From Botryllus schlosseri (lineage: Eukaryota): 64,000 nucleotides of DNA. How positions within the stretch are numbered: position 1 is the first letter of the stretch; each line of letters starts with the position of its first letter. This document shows positions 52,601 to 64,000 of the stretch, piece by piece. The stretch is from positions 18,912,001 through 18,976,000 of the forward strand of contig CM119371.1 of the NCBI GenBank assembly GCA_051294905.1, in the 5' to 3' direction. The notes under the pieces were generated by a model that saw only the letters and a program-made list of their open reading frames with translations, searched no databases and was not told the origin of the DNA. The position numbers and the translations under genes are program-made.

Positions 52601-55600
52601 GTCAACGAGACGCCTGAAAAGCAGATTGTCTGATTGCTCGGAGGCACTTTCGGACGAACTGGTCGAAAAACACACATATAAATTAAGCTCTCCGTGTAAG
52701 AGTTTATTTTATTGCAATTCTCGTCATGTCAAAACGGCACGAGATTGCGATAAACGGCCCTGCACAACTACAAATTGAGCGCGAGTTCATAGCTGAAAGA
52801 AGCGGCGGCCGGCAAATGATGACATTCATAGTTGTACGTGCAATCAAATTGATCGAGTTTGTGTGAAAAAATGCAAAAGGCGGCCTACTACACCCGGTAT
52901 TCCCAGCCGGTCACCCATGCAAGTACTAACCGGGCCCAACGTTGCTTGACTTCCGAGATCAGACGAGATCGGGTGTATTCAACGTGGTATGGTCGTAGGC
53001 GACAGTGGGTACAATCTGTGCCGTTTTATGTGACATTCTATCGGGCGAAAAGTCGCCATGCACGCTGTCAACGAGACGCCTGAAAAGCAGATTGTCTGAT
53101 TGCTCGGAGGCACTTTCGGACGAACTGGTCGAAAAACACACATATAAATTAAGCTCTCCGTGTAAGAGTTTATTTTATTGCAATTCTCGTCATGTCAAAA
53201 CGGCACGAGATTGCGATAAACGGCCCTGCACAACTACAAATTGAGCGCGAGTTCATAGCTGAAAGAAGCGGCGGCCGGCAAATGATGACATTCATAGTTG
53301 TACGTGCAATCAAATTGATCGAGTTTGTGTGAAAAAATGCAAAAGGCGGCCTACTACACCCGGTATTCCCAGCCGGTCACCCATGCAAGTACTAACCGGG
53401 CCCAACGTTGCTTGACTTCCGAGATCAGACGAGATCGGGTGTATTCAACGTGGTATGGTCGTAGGCGACAGTGGATACAATCTGTGCCGTTTTATGTGAC
53501 ATTCTATCGGGCGAAAAGTCGCCACGCTGTCAACGAGACGCCTGAAAAGCAGATTGTCTGATTGCTCGGAGGCACTTTCGGACGAACTGGTCGAAAAACA
53601 CACATATAAATTAAGCTCTCCGTGTAAGAGTTTATTTTATTGCAATTCTCGTCATGTCAAAACGGCACGAGATTGCGATAAACGGCCCTGCACAACTACA
53701 AATTGAGCGCGAGTTCATAGCTGAAAGAAGCGGCGGCCGGCAAATGATGACATTCATAGTTGTACGTGCAATCAAATCGATCGAGTTTGTGTGAAAAAAT
53801 GCAAAAGGCGGCCTACTACACCCGGTATTCCCAGCCGGTCACCCATGCAAGTACTAACCGGGCCTAACGTTGCTTGACTTCCGAGATCAGACGAGATCGG
53901 GTGTATTCAACGTGGTATGGTCGTAGGCGACAGTGGATACAATCTGTGCCGTTTTATGTGACATTCTATCGGGCGAAAAGTCGCCACGCTGTCAACGAGA
54001 CGCCTGAAAAGCAGATTGTCTGATTGCTCGGAGGCACTTTCGGACGAACTGGTCGAAAAACACACATATAAATTAAGCTCTCCGTGTAAGAGTTTATTTT
54101 ATTGCAATTCTCGTCATGTCAAAACGGCACGAGATTGCGATAAACGGCCCTGCACAACTACAAATTGAGCGCGAGTTCATAGCTGAAAGAAGCGGCGGCC
54201 GGCAAATGATGACATTCATAGTTGTACGTGCAATCAAATTGATCGAGTTTGTGTGAAAAATTGCAAAAGGCGGCCTACTACACCCGGTATTCCCAGCCGG
54301 TCACCCATGCAAGTACTAACCGGGCCCAACGTTGCTTGACTTCCGAGATCAGACGAGATCGGGTGTATTCAACGTGGTGTGGTCGTAGGCGACAGTGGAT
54401 ACAATCTGTGCCGTTTTATGTGACATTCTATCGGGCGAAAAGTCGCCACGCTGTCAACGAGACGCCTGAAAAGCAGATTGTCTGATTGCTCGGAGGCACT
54501 TTCGGACGAACTGGTCGAAAAACACACATATAAATTAAGCTCTCCGTGTAAGAGTTTATTTTATTGCAATTCTCGTCATGTCAAAACGGCACGAGATTGC
54601 GATAAACGGCCCTGCACAACTACAAATTGAGCGCGAGTTCATAGCTGAAAGAAGCGGCGGCCGGCAAATGATGACATTCATAGTTGTACGTGCAATCAAA
54701 TCGATCGAGTTTGTGTGAAAAAATGCAAAAGGCGGCCTACTACACCCGGTATTCCCAGCCGGTCACCCATGCAAGTACTAACCGGGCCCAACGTTGCTTG
54801 ACTTCCGAGATCAGACGAGATCGGGTGTATTCAACGTGGTATGGTCGTAGGCGACAGTGGATACAATCTGTGCCGTTTTATGTGACATTCTATCGGGCGA
54901 AAAGTCGCCACGCTGTCAACGAGACGCCTGAAAAGCAGATTGTCTGATTGCTCGGAGGCACTTTCGGACGAACTGGTCGAAAAACACACATATAAATTAA
55001 GCTCTCCGTGTAAGAGTTTATTTTATTGCAATTCTCGTCATGTCAAAACGGCACGAGATTGCGATAAACGGCCCTGCACAACTACAAATTGAGCGCGAGT
55101 TCATAGCTGAAAGAAGCGGCGGCCGGCAAATGATGACATTCATAGTTGTACGTGCAATCAAATTGATCGAGTTTGTGTGAAAAATTGCAAAAGGCGGCCT
55201 ACTACACCCGGTATTCCCAGCCGGTCACCCATGCAAGTACTAACCGGGCCCAACGTTGCTTGACTTCCGAGATCAGACGAGATCGGGTGTATTCAACGTG
55301 GTGTGGTCGTAGGCGACAGTGGATACAATCTGTGCCGTTTTATGTGACATTCTATCGGGCGAAAAGTCGCCACGCTGTCAACGAGACGCCTGAAAAGCAG
55401 ATTGTCTGATTGCTCGGAGGCACTTTCGGACGAACTGGTCGAAAAACACACATATAAATTAAGCTCTCCGTGTAAGAGTTTATTTTATTGCAATTCTCGT
55501 CATGTCAAAACGGCACGAGATTGCGATAAACGGCCCTGCACAACTACAAATTGAGCGCGAGTTCATAGCTGAAAGAAGCGGCGGCCGGCAAATGATGACA

Positions 55601-58600
55601 TTCATAGTTGTACGTGCAATCAAATCGATCGAGTTTGTGTGAAAAAATGCAAAAGGCGGCCTACTACACCCGGTATTCCCAGCCGGTCACCCATGCAAGT
55701 ACTAACCGGGCCCAACGTTGCTTGACTTCCGAGATCAGACGAGATCGGGTGTATTCAACGTGGTATGGTCGTAGGCGACAGTGGATACAATCTGTGCCGT
55801 TTTATGTGACATTCTATCGGGCGAAAAGTCGCCACGCTGTCAACGAGACGCCTGAAAAGCAGATTGTCTGATTGCTCGGAGGCACTTTCGGACGAACTGG
55901 TCGAAAAACACACATATAAATTAAGCTCTCCGTGTAAGAGTTTATTTTATTGCAATTCTCGTCATGTCAAAACGGCACGAGATTGCGATAAACGGCCCTG
56001 CACAACTACAAATTGAGCGCGAGTTCATAGCTGAAAGAAGCGGCGGCCGGCAAATGATGACATTCATAGTTGTACGTGCAATCAAATTGATCGAGTTTGT
56101 GTGAAAAAATGCAAAAGGCGGCCTACTACACCCGGTATTCCCAGCCGGTCACCCATGCAAGTACTAACCGGGCCCAACGTTGCTTGACTTCCGAGATCAG
56201 ACGAGATCGGGTGTATTCAACGTGGTATGGTCGTAGGCGACAGTGGATACAATCTGTGCCGTTTTATGTGACATTCTATCGGGCGAAAAGTCGCCACGCT
56301 GTCAACGAGACGCCTGAAAAGCAGATTGTCTGATTGCTCGGAGGCACTTTCGGACGAACTGGTCGAAAAACACACATATAAATTAAGCTCTCCGTGTAAG
56401 AGTTTATTTTATTGCAATTCTCGTCATGTCAAAACGGCACGAGATTGCGATAAACGGCCCTGCACAACTACAAATTGAGCGCGAGTTCATAGCTGAAAGA
56501 AGCGGCGGCCGGCAAATGATGACATTCATAGTTGTACGTGCAATCAAATTGATCGAGTTTGTGTGAAAAACTGCAAAAGGCGGCCTACTACACCCGGTAT
56601 TCCCAGCCGGTCACCCATGCAAGTACTAACCGGGCCCAACGTTGCTTGACTTCCGAGATCAGACGAGATCGGGTGTATTCAACGTGGTATGGTCGTAGGC
56701 GACAGTGGATACAATCTGTGCCGTTTTATGTGACATTCTATCGGGCGAAAAGTCGCCACGCTGTCAACGAGACGCCTGAAAAGCAGATTGTCTGATTGCT
56801 GTGAAGCACTTTCGGACGAACTGGTCGAAAAACACACATATAAATTAAGCTCTCCGTGTCAGAGTTTATTTTATTGCAATTCTCGTCATGTCAAAACGGC
56901 ACGAGATTGCGATAAACGGCCCTGCACAACTACAAATTGAGCGCGAGTTCATAGCTGAAAGAAGCGGCGGCCGGCAAATGATGACATTCATAGTTGTACG
57001 TGCAATCAAATTGATCGAGTTTGTGTGAAAAAATGCAAAAGGCGGCCTACTACACCCGGTATTCCCAGCCGGTCACCCATGCAAGTACTAACCGGGCCCA
57101 ACGTTGCTTGACTTCCGAGATCAGACGAGATCGGGTGTATTCAACGTGGTATGGTCGTAGGCGACAGTGGATACAATCTGTGCCGTTTTATGTGACATTC
57201 TATCGGGCGAAAAGTCGCCACGCTGTCAACGAGACGCCTGAAAAGCAGATTGTCTGATTGCTCGGAGGCACTTTCGGACGAACTGGTCGAAAAACACACA
57301 TATAAATTAAGCTCTCCGTGTAAGAGTTTATTTTATTGCAATTCTCGTCATGTCAAAACGGCACGAGATTGCGATAAACGGCCCTGCACAACTACAAATT
57401 GAGCGCGAGTTCATAGCTGAAAGAAGCGGCGGCCGGCAAATGATGACATTCATAGTTGTACGTGCAATCAAATTGATCGAGTTTGTGTGAAAAATTGCAA
57501 AAGGCGGCCTACTACACCCGGTATTCCCAGCCGGTCACCCATGCAAGTACTAACCGGGCCCAACGTTGCTTGACTTCCGAGATCAGACGAGATCGGGTGT
57601 ATTCAACGTGGTGTGGTCGTAGGCGACAGTGGATACAATCTGTGCCGTTTTATGTGACATTCTATCGGGCGAAAAGTCGCCACGCTGTCAACGAGACGCC
57701 TGAAAAGCAGATTGTCTGATTGCTCGGAGGCACTTTCGGACGAACTGGTCGAAAAACACACATATAAATTAAGCTCTCCGTGTAAGAGTTTATTTTATTG
57801 CAATTCTCGTCATGTCAAAACGGCACGAGATTGCGATAAACGGCCCTGCACAACTACAAATTGAGCGCGAGTTCATAGCTGAAAGAAGCGGCGGCCGGCA
57901 AATGATGACATTCATAGTTGTACGTGCAATCAAATTGATCGAGTTTGTGTGAAAAATTGCAAAAGGCGGCCTACTACACCCGGTATTCCCAGCCGGTCAC
58001 CCATGCAAGTACTAACCGGGCCCAACGTTGCTTGACTTCCGAGATCAGACGAGATCGGGTGTATTCAACGTGGTGTGGTCGTAGGCGACAGTGGATACAA
58101 TCTGTGCCGTTTTATGTGACATTCTATCGGGCGAAAAGTCGCCACGCTGTCAACGAGACGCCTGAAAAGCAGATTGTCTGATTGCTCGGAGGCACTTTCG
58201 GACGAACTGGTCGAAAAACACACATATAAATTAAGCTCTCCGTGTAAGAGTTTATTTTATTGCAATTCTCGTCATGTCAAAACGGCACGAGATTGCGATA
58301 AACGGCCCTGCACAACTACAAATTGAGCGCGAGTTCATAGCTGAAAGAAGCGGCGGCCGGCAAATGATGACATTCATAGTTGTACGTGCAATCAAATCGA
58401 TCGAGTTTGTGTGAAAAAATGCAAAAGGCGGCCTACTACACCCGGTATTCCCAGCCGGTCACCCATGCAAGTACTAACCGGGCCCAACGTTGCTTGACTT
58501 CCGAGATCAGACGAGATCGGGTGTATTCAACGTGGTATGGTCGTAGGCGACAGTGGATACAATCTGTGCCGTTTTATGTGACATTCTATCGGGCGAAAAG

Positions 58601-59404
58601 TCGCCACGCTGTCAACGAGACGCCTGAAAAGCAGATTGTCTGATTGCTCGGAGGCACTTTCGGACGAACTGGTCGAAAAACACACATATAAATTAAGCTC
58701 TCCGTGTAAGAGTTTATTTTATTGCAATTCTCGTCATGTCAAAACGGCACGAGATTGCGATAAACGGCCCTGCACAACTACAAATTGAGCGCGAGTTCAT
58801 AGCTGAAAGAAGCGGCGGCCGGCAAATGATGACATTCATAGTTGTACGTGCAATCAAATTGATCGAGTTTGTGTGAAAAACTGCAAAAGGCGGCCTACTA
58901 CACCCGGTATTCCCAGCCGGTCACCCATGCAAGTACTAACCGGGCCCAACGTTGCTTGACTTCCGAGATCAGACGAGATCGGGTGTATTCAACGTGGTAT
59001 GGTCGTAGGCGACAGTGGATACAATCTGTGCCGTTTTATGTGACATTCTATAGGGCGAAAAGTCGCCACGCTGTCAACGAGACGCCTGAAAAGCAGATTG
59101 TCTGATTGCTCGGAGGCACTTTCGGACGAACTGGTCGAAAAACACACATATAAATTAAGCTCTCCGTGTAAGAGTTTATTTTATTGCAATTCTCGTCATG
59201 TCAAAACGGCACGAGATTGCGATAAACGGCCCTGCACAACTACAAATTGAGCGCGAGTTCATAGCTGAAAGAAGCGGCGGCCGGCAAATGATGACATTCA
59301 TAGTTGTACGTGCAATCAAATTGATCGAGTTTGTGTGAAAAAATGCAAAAGGCGGCCTACTACACCCGGTATTCCCAGCCGGTCACCCATGCAAGTACTA
59401 ACCG
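34545..59404 (-). repeat. 5S rDNA array, domain 3: about 53 full genes plus two halves in homogeneous 462/466-bp units
   Basis: Reverse-complement 5S genes recur every 462 or 466 bp. The length difference is a 4-bp indel (GCCATGCACG vs GCCACG). One 294-bp foreign unit lies near 52.1-52.4 kb. Confidence 0.96.
34961..35082 (-). rRNA. 5S rRNA gene (representative of the minus-strand array)
   Basis: The reverse complement reads GCCTACGACC...GTCTGATCTCGG...CCGGGTGTAGTAGGCCGCC-TTTT, with intact helices and internal promoter. Confidence 0.96.
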
Positions 59405-59893
59405 TTTTTGTGATGTTTATTCAAGTATGTACATAAAATTTCAAAAATTTCATAAAGAAAATCTTTCCCCATCATCGGGTCATCTCGTCTCAGCCGTTGC
59501 CGAAGTATGGTATGTATACGCGGTCGTAGTAGACGTCGTCGTAAGTTGGCGCTCGTAGTCGCTCGGCTCATCTCATGTCATCGTAGCAGTCGATTCGTGG
59601 TCTTAGAAGGAGCCGCCAGTGCTTGGCGCTCGTTTGCGTGTGATTTTCATATAAATTTGGTGGAGTGGTGGCGGGTGGGGTAGGAATAGGGTAGGGGTGG
59701 GGTGGGTAGGAATAGGGCATGGGGGGTGGGAGATCGGGTAGATTGGGGGGGGGGACGTGTAGGTGTTGGTTTAGGGAAGGGGCAGAGTGGGATGGGAGGT
59801 TTGGTGGTTTGGATAGGTTGTAGGTGGATTGGTTGCGTTTTGTGGGTCGATAAATGCAATATGATTTATCGCGCGAGCGTTTAAATGGCTCGC

Positions 59894-62800
59894 TTAAATT
59901 ATTCGGTATATTTTACTTCTTATATCGGAGATGCGTTGGTCAATATTTTGGGCATATTCATTTTGTATGTCAAGGGCGTTTTTCCATTCCCACACAAGGG
60001 TTTTCACGTTCATAAAAGCTTTTATTATAGTCGGAGCTTGCGGTCCGTCGTAGACGTTGCGTATGATCTCGTCGGGTGTAGCGTCAATAGTCGTTTGCAG
60101 GTCGTTCTCGAGATCCTGTATTACAAGAGAGAACAGTTTTTTGTAAGTTGCACATTCGGCGAAGGTGTGGCGCAGAGTATCTTCGGCGTGTTGGCAGAAT
60201 TTGCATTTGTTTTTCAAGTAGGCGTCTTTTCTTCGTACCCAGCCTGCGTTGGTTTTTCTGGAGCCTGTAAAGTAGCTCTCAGTGTTAATGCGATACGAAA
60301 TCTCACGTTTCTTGTTGTCAATGTGATCTTTGATATTGGGCTGGTATAGCCATATCTCCTTCCAGTCCGCCATGCGGCTTCTTCCTTGTTGCGTCTTTGT
60401 TTTAACAAGGATCTGGTACATTTCTTTCTGGCTTAGTTCTTGTATATCCTGTGATTGTCTTTTAATTACGTCGAATATTTCCTTTTCCTTCTTCCATTCC
60501 TCCGTCAGTGTATTTCTGTGAGGGTAGAGGTTGTTGTATAAATTGCAATTTATATCTCTCACCTTCGTTGTCAGATTGTATATAGCTGCTGCATGCCAGA
60601 TATCAATCGGGTTCTCGAGTCGACTAAGTTGTTGTAGTCTTTTTGCTCTCTTTGCTTGTGTTGCAGATTCGATATCTGGCATATCAATCCCTCCTTCTGG
60701 CTTAGGTCTGATCAGTTGCATTCTGCTTTTCTGCTCGAGTTTCTCAGGACTCCACAGTAGGCCGAAGACGAGGCGTTCGAGTTGCTTGAGCTTGTCGTCT
60801 GGAATTTGCTTGTTGGCATATGTATAAGTTATTTTGCTAATTATGTATGCCTTAATCGCCGTTATTTTACCAATCCAAGAAAGCCGTTTTGATTTAATAT
60901 GCCTTACGCTTTTCTCGACTCCTTGCCAGAGTCTGTCGAAGTTCATTTGCAGCTCGCTTCCTCCGTGGTATAAGCCCAGTATCTTAATTACTGGCTTTAG
61001 CATATGTGCGTGCGCAGTTTTTTGCAGACTGATACGCGATTTTTCGTTCAGCGGTAGGATTTCCGTCTTGTCTGTGTTGATATCTTGACCTGTCACTCTA
61101 TGCAAGCTTTGATATTCGTTAAGGACTGTGGTAATAGAGTCAGTTGTTCTTAGATACAGTGTGACGTCATCAGCAAATTGGTCTAATTTATGCTCTATCC
61201 CGCCGATTTGGATACCTTTGATGTTGTCGTTAGTGCATAGCTTGTGGGCTAGAGGGTCTGCGCTAATCGCGTATAGTGTCATACTCAAAGGACATCCTTG
61301 TCTAATACCCCTCGTACAATTTACATTGGCTGTTTGGAGGCCGTTAACCTCGATGGTCGCAATAGGATTATCATATATGGCTTTGATCACTTTAAGAGTT
61401 TCTTCCGTGACGGGCAGTTTATCAAGCACTTTCAGGAGCATTTGGTGGTCCACCTTATCAAAGGCTTTCCTTGCGTCTATAGTCATTATATAACCTTCTA
61501 AAGGTTTTTCTTGATGATAATTAACAATTGCACTCACATTGTTGTGTATCACGTCCATTTGTCTTCCAGGAATTCCCGCTTTCTGTGTCATGTTGATGTT
61601 GCTCGAAATTTCCTCAACCAGTCTGTTGTTGAGAATTTTCGCCATTATTTTGTAGTCCGTGTTTAACAGCGAAATGGGTCGCCAGTTCGCTAAATCCTTT
61701 TTGTCCTTTCCTTTGTGAATCAAAATAATTTTAGCACGTTTCCAGCTATGCGGTATGTTTCCGTATATTAGCGCGTTGTTTATGATTTCTGTTAATCTCG
61801 AACCAATGCTTTGCCACATTGCAAGGTAGAATTCCACTGTCAGGCCGTCGAAACCCGGTGACCTTTCCCTGTTCATTGCTTTCAGTATTTGTAATATTTC
61901 GCTAGATTGTATTACCGATGTTCGTTCATTGTCTTTCCCGTGCATGCAGTCGTTCTGGTACGATGATAGATATTCGGCTTGATCGTACGAATTAATGCCG
62001 TCGTGTCGGGTCCACAATTCTGTGTAGAATTGTTCAATCTGGTTAGCAATAATATTACGGTCAGTCGTTACCGTTCCATCTCTGAGCTGAAGTTCTTTAA
62101 GCTCAGTCTTACGCCGTCTGGTCTTCAATTCTTGCCAAAATTGTCTCGTCGTGTTAGGTTCACCTTCGCAACGGTCAATTTTGGTTAACATGCGCAATTT
62201 TCCCTTTACCCTCTGATACGTTATCTGAGGATCACAAGTTTTATATTTGTCTATCTCATATCTCTTGCTTACGTTGGCAATTCTATCTTTTAGTCTGTCC
62301 CACCATTGTTGAATGCCATGGCAGTGTTGGATATTATTCTCTTCAAAGCTGATGAGATTAGATATTATATCTCGGTACACGTCATCTCGCAAAAGGTCAT
62401 TATTACACTTCCAATTTTTTCTTCCCCACAGAGTGCTTGGCTCAATTGCGAGTGTTATTGTCGGACTTATGTGGTCAGCCACAAGGTTATTTTCATGCCC
62501 TGCATTCTGGACATGGCTCATGAGTTCACAAGATGCGTAGAAACGATCTAGTCTCCTCGCGGTTTTTCCAGTGACGTAAGTGAATACTTCGGCAAGAGGA
62601 TGTTTACTCCTAAACACGTCAATCAGTTCCGCGTCATTAGTTAGCTTTTCAAAGTGTCTCTCGGCGCTTCTGACATGGAGGCTCTGTTTAATTCGAGTGT
62701 CTTTTTTGTCAATAATTAGGTTGAAATCACCACCCATTATAACCGGGACTTCAATTTCATGGATTTCTGATTCTAGTTTGATTAGGAAATCGTCACGTAA

Positions 62801-63172
62801 CTTTCTCGCATCTGCGGATTGTCCAGACGGGGCATAAATATTTATTATAGCTATTGGGCATTTGTCAATTTGAATGCAGAGGCATTGGGCACGGTTTTCA
62901 ATCATGCTATAGTGGCGCAAAATTTTACCTTCGTGATGTTCTTTAATCATTATCGCAGTGCCAGAGTATTGTCTCACTTCGTTCTTTGTGTTGAAGTAGA
63001 TAATAAATCCGATTTCCGCTGCCCAGTTACGTATATCCACATTATCGATCTTATGCGTTTCCTGAATCAATAGTATATCCAAATTCGATGTCTGTATATA
63101 TTGTTCCAAATCCTGTAGTCTGTTTGATAATCCATTTACGTTAATCGATGCTATTTTCAATAGGTTCGCCAT
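59894..63172 (-). CDS. ORF2 polyprotein, 1092 aa: APE-type endonuclease, reverse transcriptase, C-terminal CCHC zinc finger
   Basis: EN motifs SINVNGL, LIQETH, NIYAP, MGGDFN, RLDRFY and ADH. RT motifs SPGFDG, WRPISLLNTDYK, IDARKAFDKV, GIRQGCPLS and QFADD. C-terminal C-X2-C-X8-H-X4-C. This is the architecture of L1/Tx1-clade ORF2. Confidence 0.97.
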   Translation of the reverse strand: MANLLKIASINVNGLSNRLQDLEQYIQTSNLDILLIQETHKIDNVDIRNWAAEIGFIIYFNTKNEVRQYSGTAIMIKEHHEGKILRHYSMIENRAQCLCIQIDKCPIAIINIYAPSGQSADARKLRDDFLIKLESEIHEIEVPVIMGGDFNLIIDKKDTRIKQSLHVRSAERHFEKLTNDAELIDVFRSKHPLAEVFTYVTGKTARRLDRFYASCELMSHVQNAGHENNLVADHISPTITLAIEPSTLWGRKNWKCNNDLLRDDVYRDIISNLISFEENNIQHCHGIQQWWDRLKDRIANVSKRYEIDKYKTCDPQITYQRVKGKLRMLTKIDRCEGEPNTTRQFWQELKTRRRKTELKELQLRDGTVTTDRNIIANQIEQFYTELWTRHDGINSYDQAEYLSSYQNDCMHGKDNERTSVIQSSEILQILKAMNRERSPGFDGLTVEFYLAMWQSIGSRLTEIINNALIYGNIPHSWKRAKIILIHKGKDKKDLANWRPISLLNTDYKIMAKILNNRLVEEISSNINMTQKAGIPGRQMDVIHNNVSAIVNYHQEKPLEGYIMTIDARKAFDKVDHQMLLKVLDKLPVTEETLKVIKAIYDNPIATIEVNGLQTANVNCTRGIRQGCPLSMTLYAISADPLAHKLCTNDNIKGIQIGGIEHKLDQFADDVTLYLRTTDSITTVLNEYQSLHRVTGQDINTDKTEILPLNEKSRISLQKTAHAHMLKPVIKILGLYHGGSELQMNFDRLWQGVEKSVRHIKSKRLSWIGKITAIKAYIISKITYTYANKQIPDDKLKQLERLVFGLLWSPEKLEQKSRMQLIRPKPEGGIDMPDIESATQAKRAKRLQQLSRLENPIDIWHAAAIYNLTTKVRDINCNLYNNLYPHRNTLTEEWKKEKEIFDVIKRQSQDIQELSQKEMYQILVKTKTQQGRSRMADWKEIWLYQPNIKDHIDNKKREISYRINTESYFTGSRKTNAGWVRRKDAYLKNKCKFCQHAEDTLRHTFAECATYKKLFSLVIQDLENDLQTTIDATPDEIIRNVYDGPQAPTIIKAFMNVKTLVWEWKNALDIQNEYAQNIDQRISDIRSKIYRII

Positions 63173-63998
63173 TGATTCTGTTTTGGGGGTCCTGCTGGAT
63201 TATGGCTGTCTTTCTTTTAGTGTTGTCTTTTTTAATGCAATTTATATTCGGTTTTATTATCCTCACTTGGTTGCTTGTGTTGTTCCTGGTCGTTACTCTG
63301 TTTCCGTTTTGTTGTTTCGACGCTTTATCACAGCTGGCGCTCGATTTTGGTCCTTTGTTGGCATTAGACGACTTTTTACTGAGTAGCTTTTGGGCCGTCT
63401 GTGTTTCATTTGATTTGCCTGATTCGCGTTTTTTCTCGCTGACCTGAGGCTGTACGGAGTGTTCCTCTGTTGTGTCTTCATTCTCGTATGCAGCGTCCGG
63501 TGATGTGTAAGATTTCGTCATCACTGGGCTATTCGGCGCTGTTTGATTTTTGTTCGTGTCCTCATTCTGACTCATATTCAGGTCAGCTGGTTTCTCTGTT
63601 GTTATTCTCGTCGATCCGTTCGTTTCGTCGGTTATTCTCTCACCAGCATTGGGTTCGCTTGAGTTTTTTCTTACAGGTTTATCTACGATTTGATCATTGA
63701 CTCCCTCAGCCTTTTCGATTCCAGCCTCGTGTTCGTTTTGTCTTTTGCCACGTTTTGCTTTACAAGTTTCTGCGCCATGGCCTATCCTGCCGCACTTGGT
63801 GCATTCCAATTTTTCGGCTGGGCAATCTCTGATCATGTGACCCGTTCCGTTGCAGTTGTAGCAACGCTTTTGATATGCATCTGCAGCAGTCTTGATCCAA
63901 CATCTCACACCATCAATTATCATACTATCTGGCATATCTTCTTCACTGAAATCTTCCATCCAGATGTTAGTGAAGCCATTGTACCAGTTAGTATTCTT
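63141..63998 (-). CDS. ORF1 nucleic-acid-binding (gag-like) protein, C-terminal part; open to the window edge
   Basis: Two C-X2-C-X4-H-X4-C knuckles (CYNCNGTGHMIRDC, CTKCGRIGHGAETC) precede a low-complexity charged tail. The frame stays open upstream of the track's Met (KNTNWYNGFTNIW-M). It overlaps the ORF2 start by 32 nt. Confidence 0.92.
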   Translation of the reverse strand, partial: KNTNWYNGFTNIWMEDFSEEDMPDSMIIDGVRCWIKTAADAYQKRCYNCNGTGHMIRDCPAEKLECTKCGRIGHGAETCKAKRGKRQNEHEAGIEKAEGVNDQIVDKPVRKNSSEPNAGERITDETNGSTRITTEKPADLNMSQNEDTNKNQTAPNSPVMTKSYTSPDAAYENEDTTEEHSVQPQVSEKKRESGKSNETQTAQKLLSKKSSNANKGPKSSASCDKASKQQNGNRVTTRNNTSNQVRIIKPNINCIKKDNTKRKTAIIQQDPQNRINGEPIENSID

Positions 63999-64000
63999 GT

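Larger units (their letters stand above)
59405..64000 (-). mobile_element. Copy 3 of the 5S-targeting L1/Tx1-clade retrotransposon, apparently intact; 5' part outside the window
   Basis: The 3' end AATAAA-CATCAC-AAAAA is joined to 5S nt 69 (CGGTTAGTACTTGC, 59404 downward). ORF2 is uninterrupted and ORF1 is open. Confidence 0.97.

Noticed and set aside
12..59105. Hundreds of 60-180 aa ORFs recurring with the repeat
   Set aside because: They are translations of 5S genes and spacers on both strands. They have no protein motifs and are opened or closed by random SNPs.
145..59404. CRISPR-like repeat/spacer appearance next to a reverse transcriptase
   Set aside because: The repeats are 120-bp 5S genes, the spacers are mutually homologous rather than unique, there are no cas genes, and the RT is a eukaryotic LINE type.

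Overview
Eukaryotic (metazoan-type) 5S rDNA cluster, not a protein-coding region. By hand count about 120 5S rRNA gene units lie in three differently homogenised domains. Domain 1 (1-21032, + strand) mixes 285-517 bp units in a 2,050-bp 5-mer and an 8,076-bp higher-order repeat. Domain 2 (25173-34544, + strand) is a ~1,567-bp 3-mer of degenerate-looking genes. Domain 3 (34545-59404, - strand) is a highly uniform 462/466-bp array. Domains 2 and 3 meet at a palindromic junction centred on the AGTACT inside the 5S gene. The main system is an L1/Tx1-clade non-LTR retrotransposon (ORF1 with two CCHC knuckles; ORF2 with APE endonuclease, RT and C-terminal Zn finger). It sits in the internal promoter of the 5S gene, co-oriented with it, and both visible 3' junctions are at the same nucleotide (between 5S nt 68 and 69). 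One copy has an intact ORF2 and an ORF1 running off the window (59405->64000). One is 5'-truncated and was killed by a nested 380-bp tRNA-derived SINE (21033-25172). The third is a partial tandem duplicate of that dead copy (15313-17867). 5S-targeting Tx1 elements have a precedent (Mutsu of fish); whether this family is new cannot be decided without a database search. Nearly all short ORFs in the supplied track are artefacts of the repeat.
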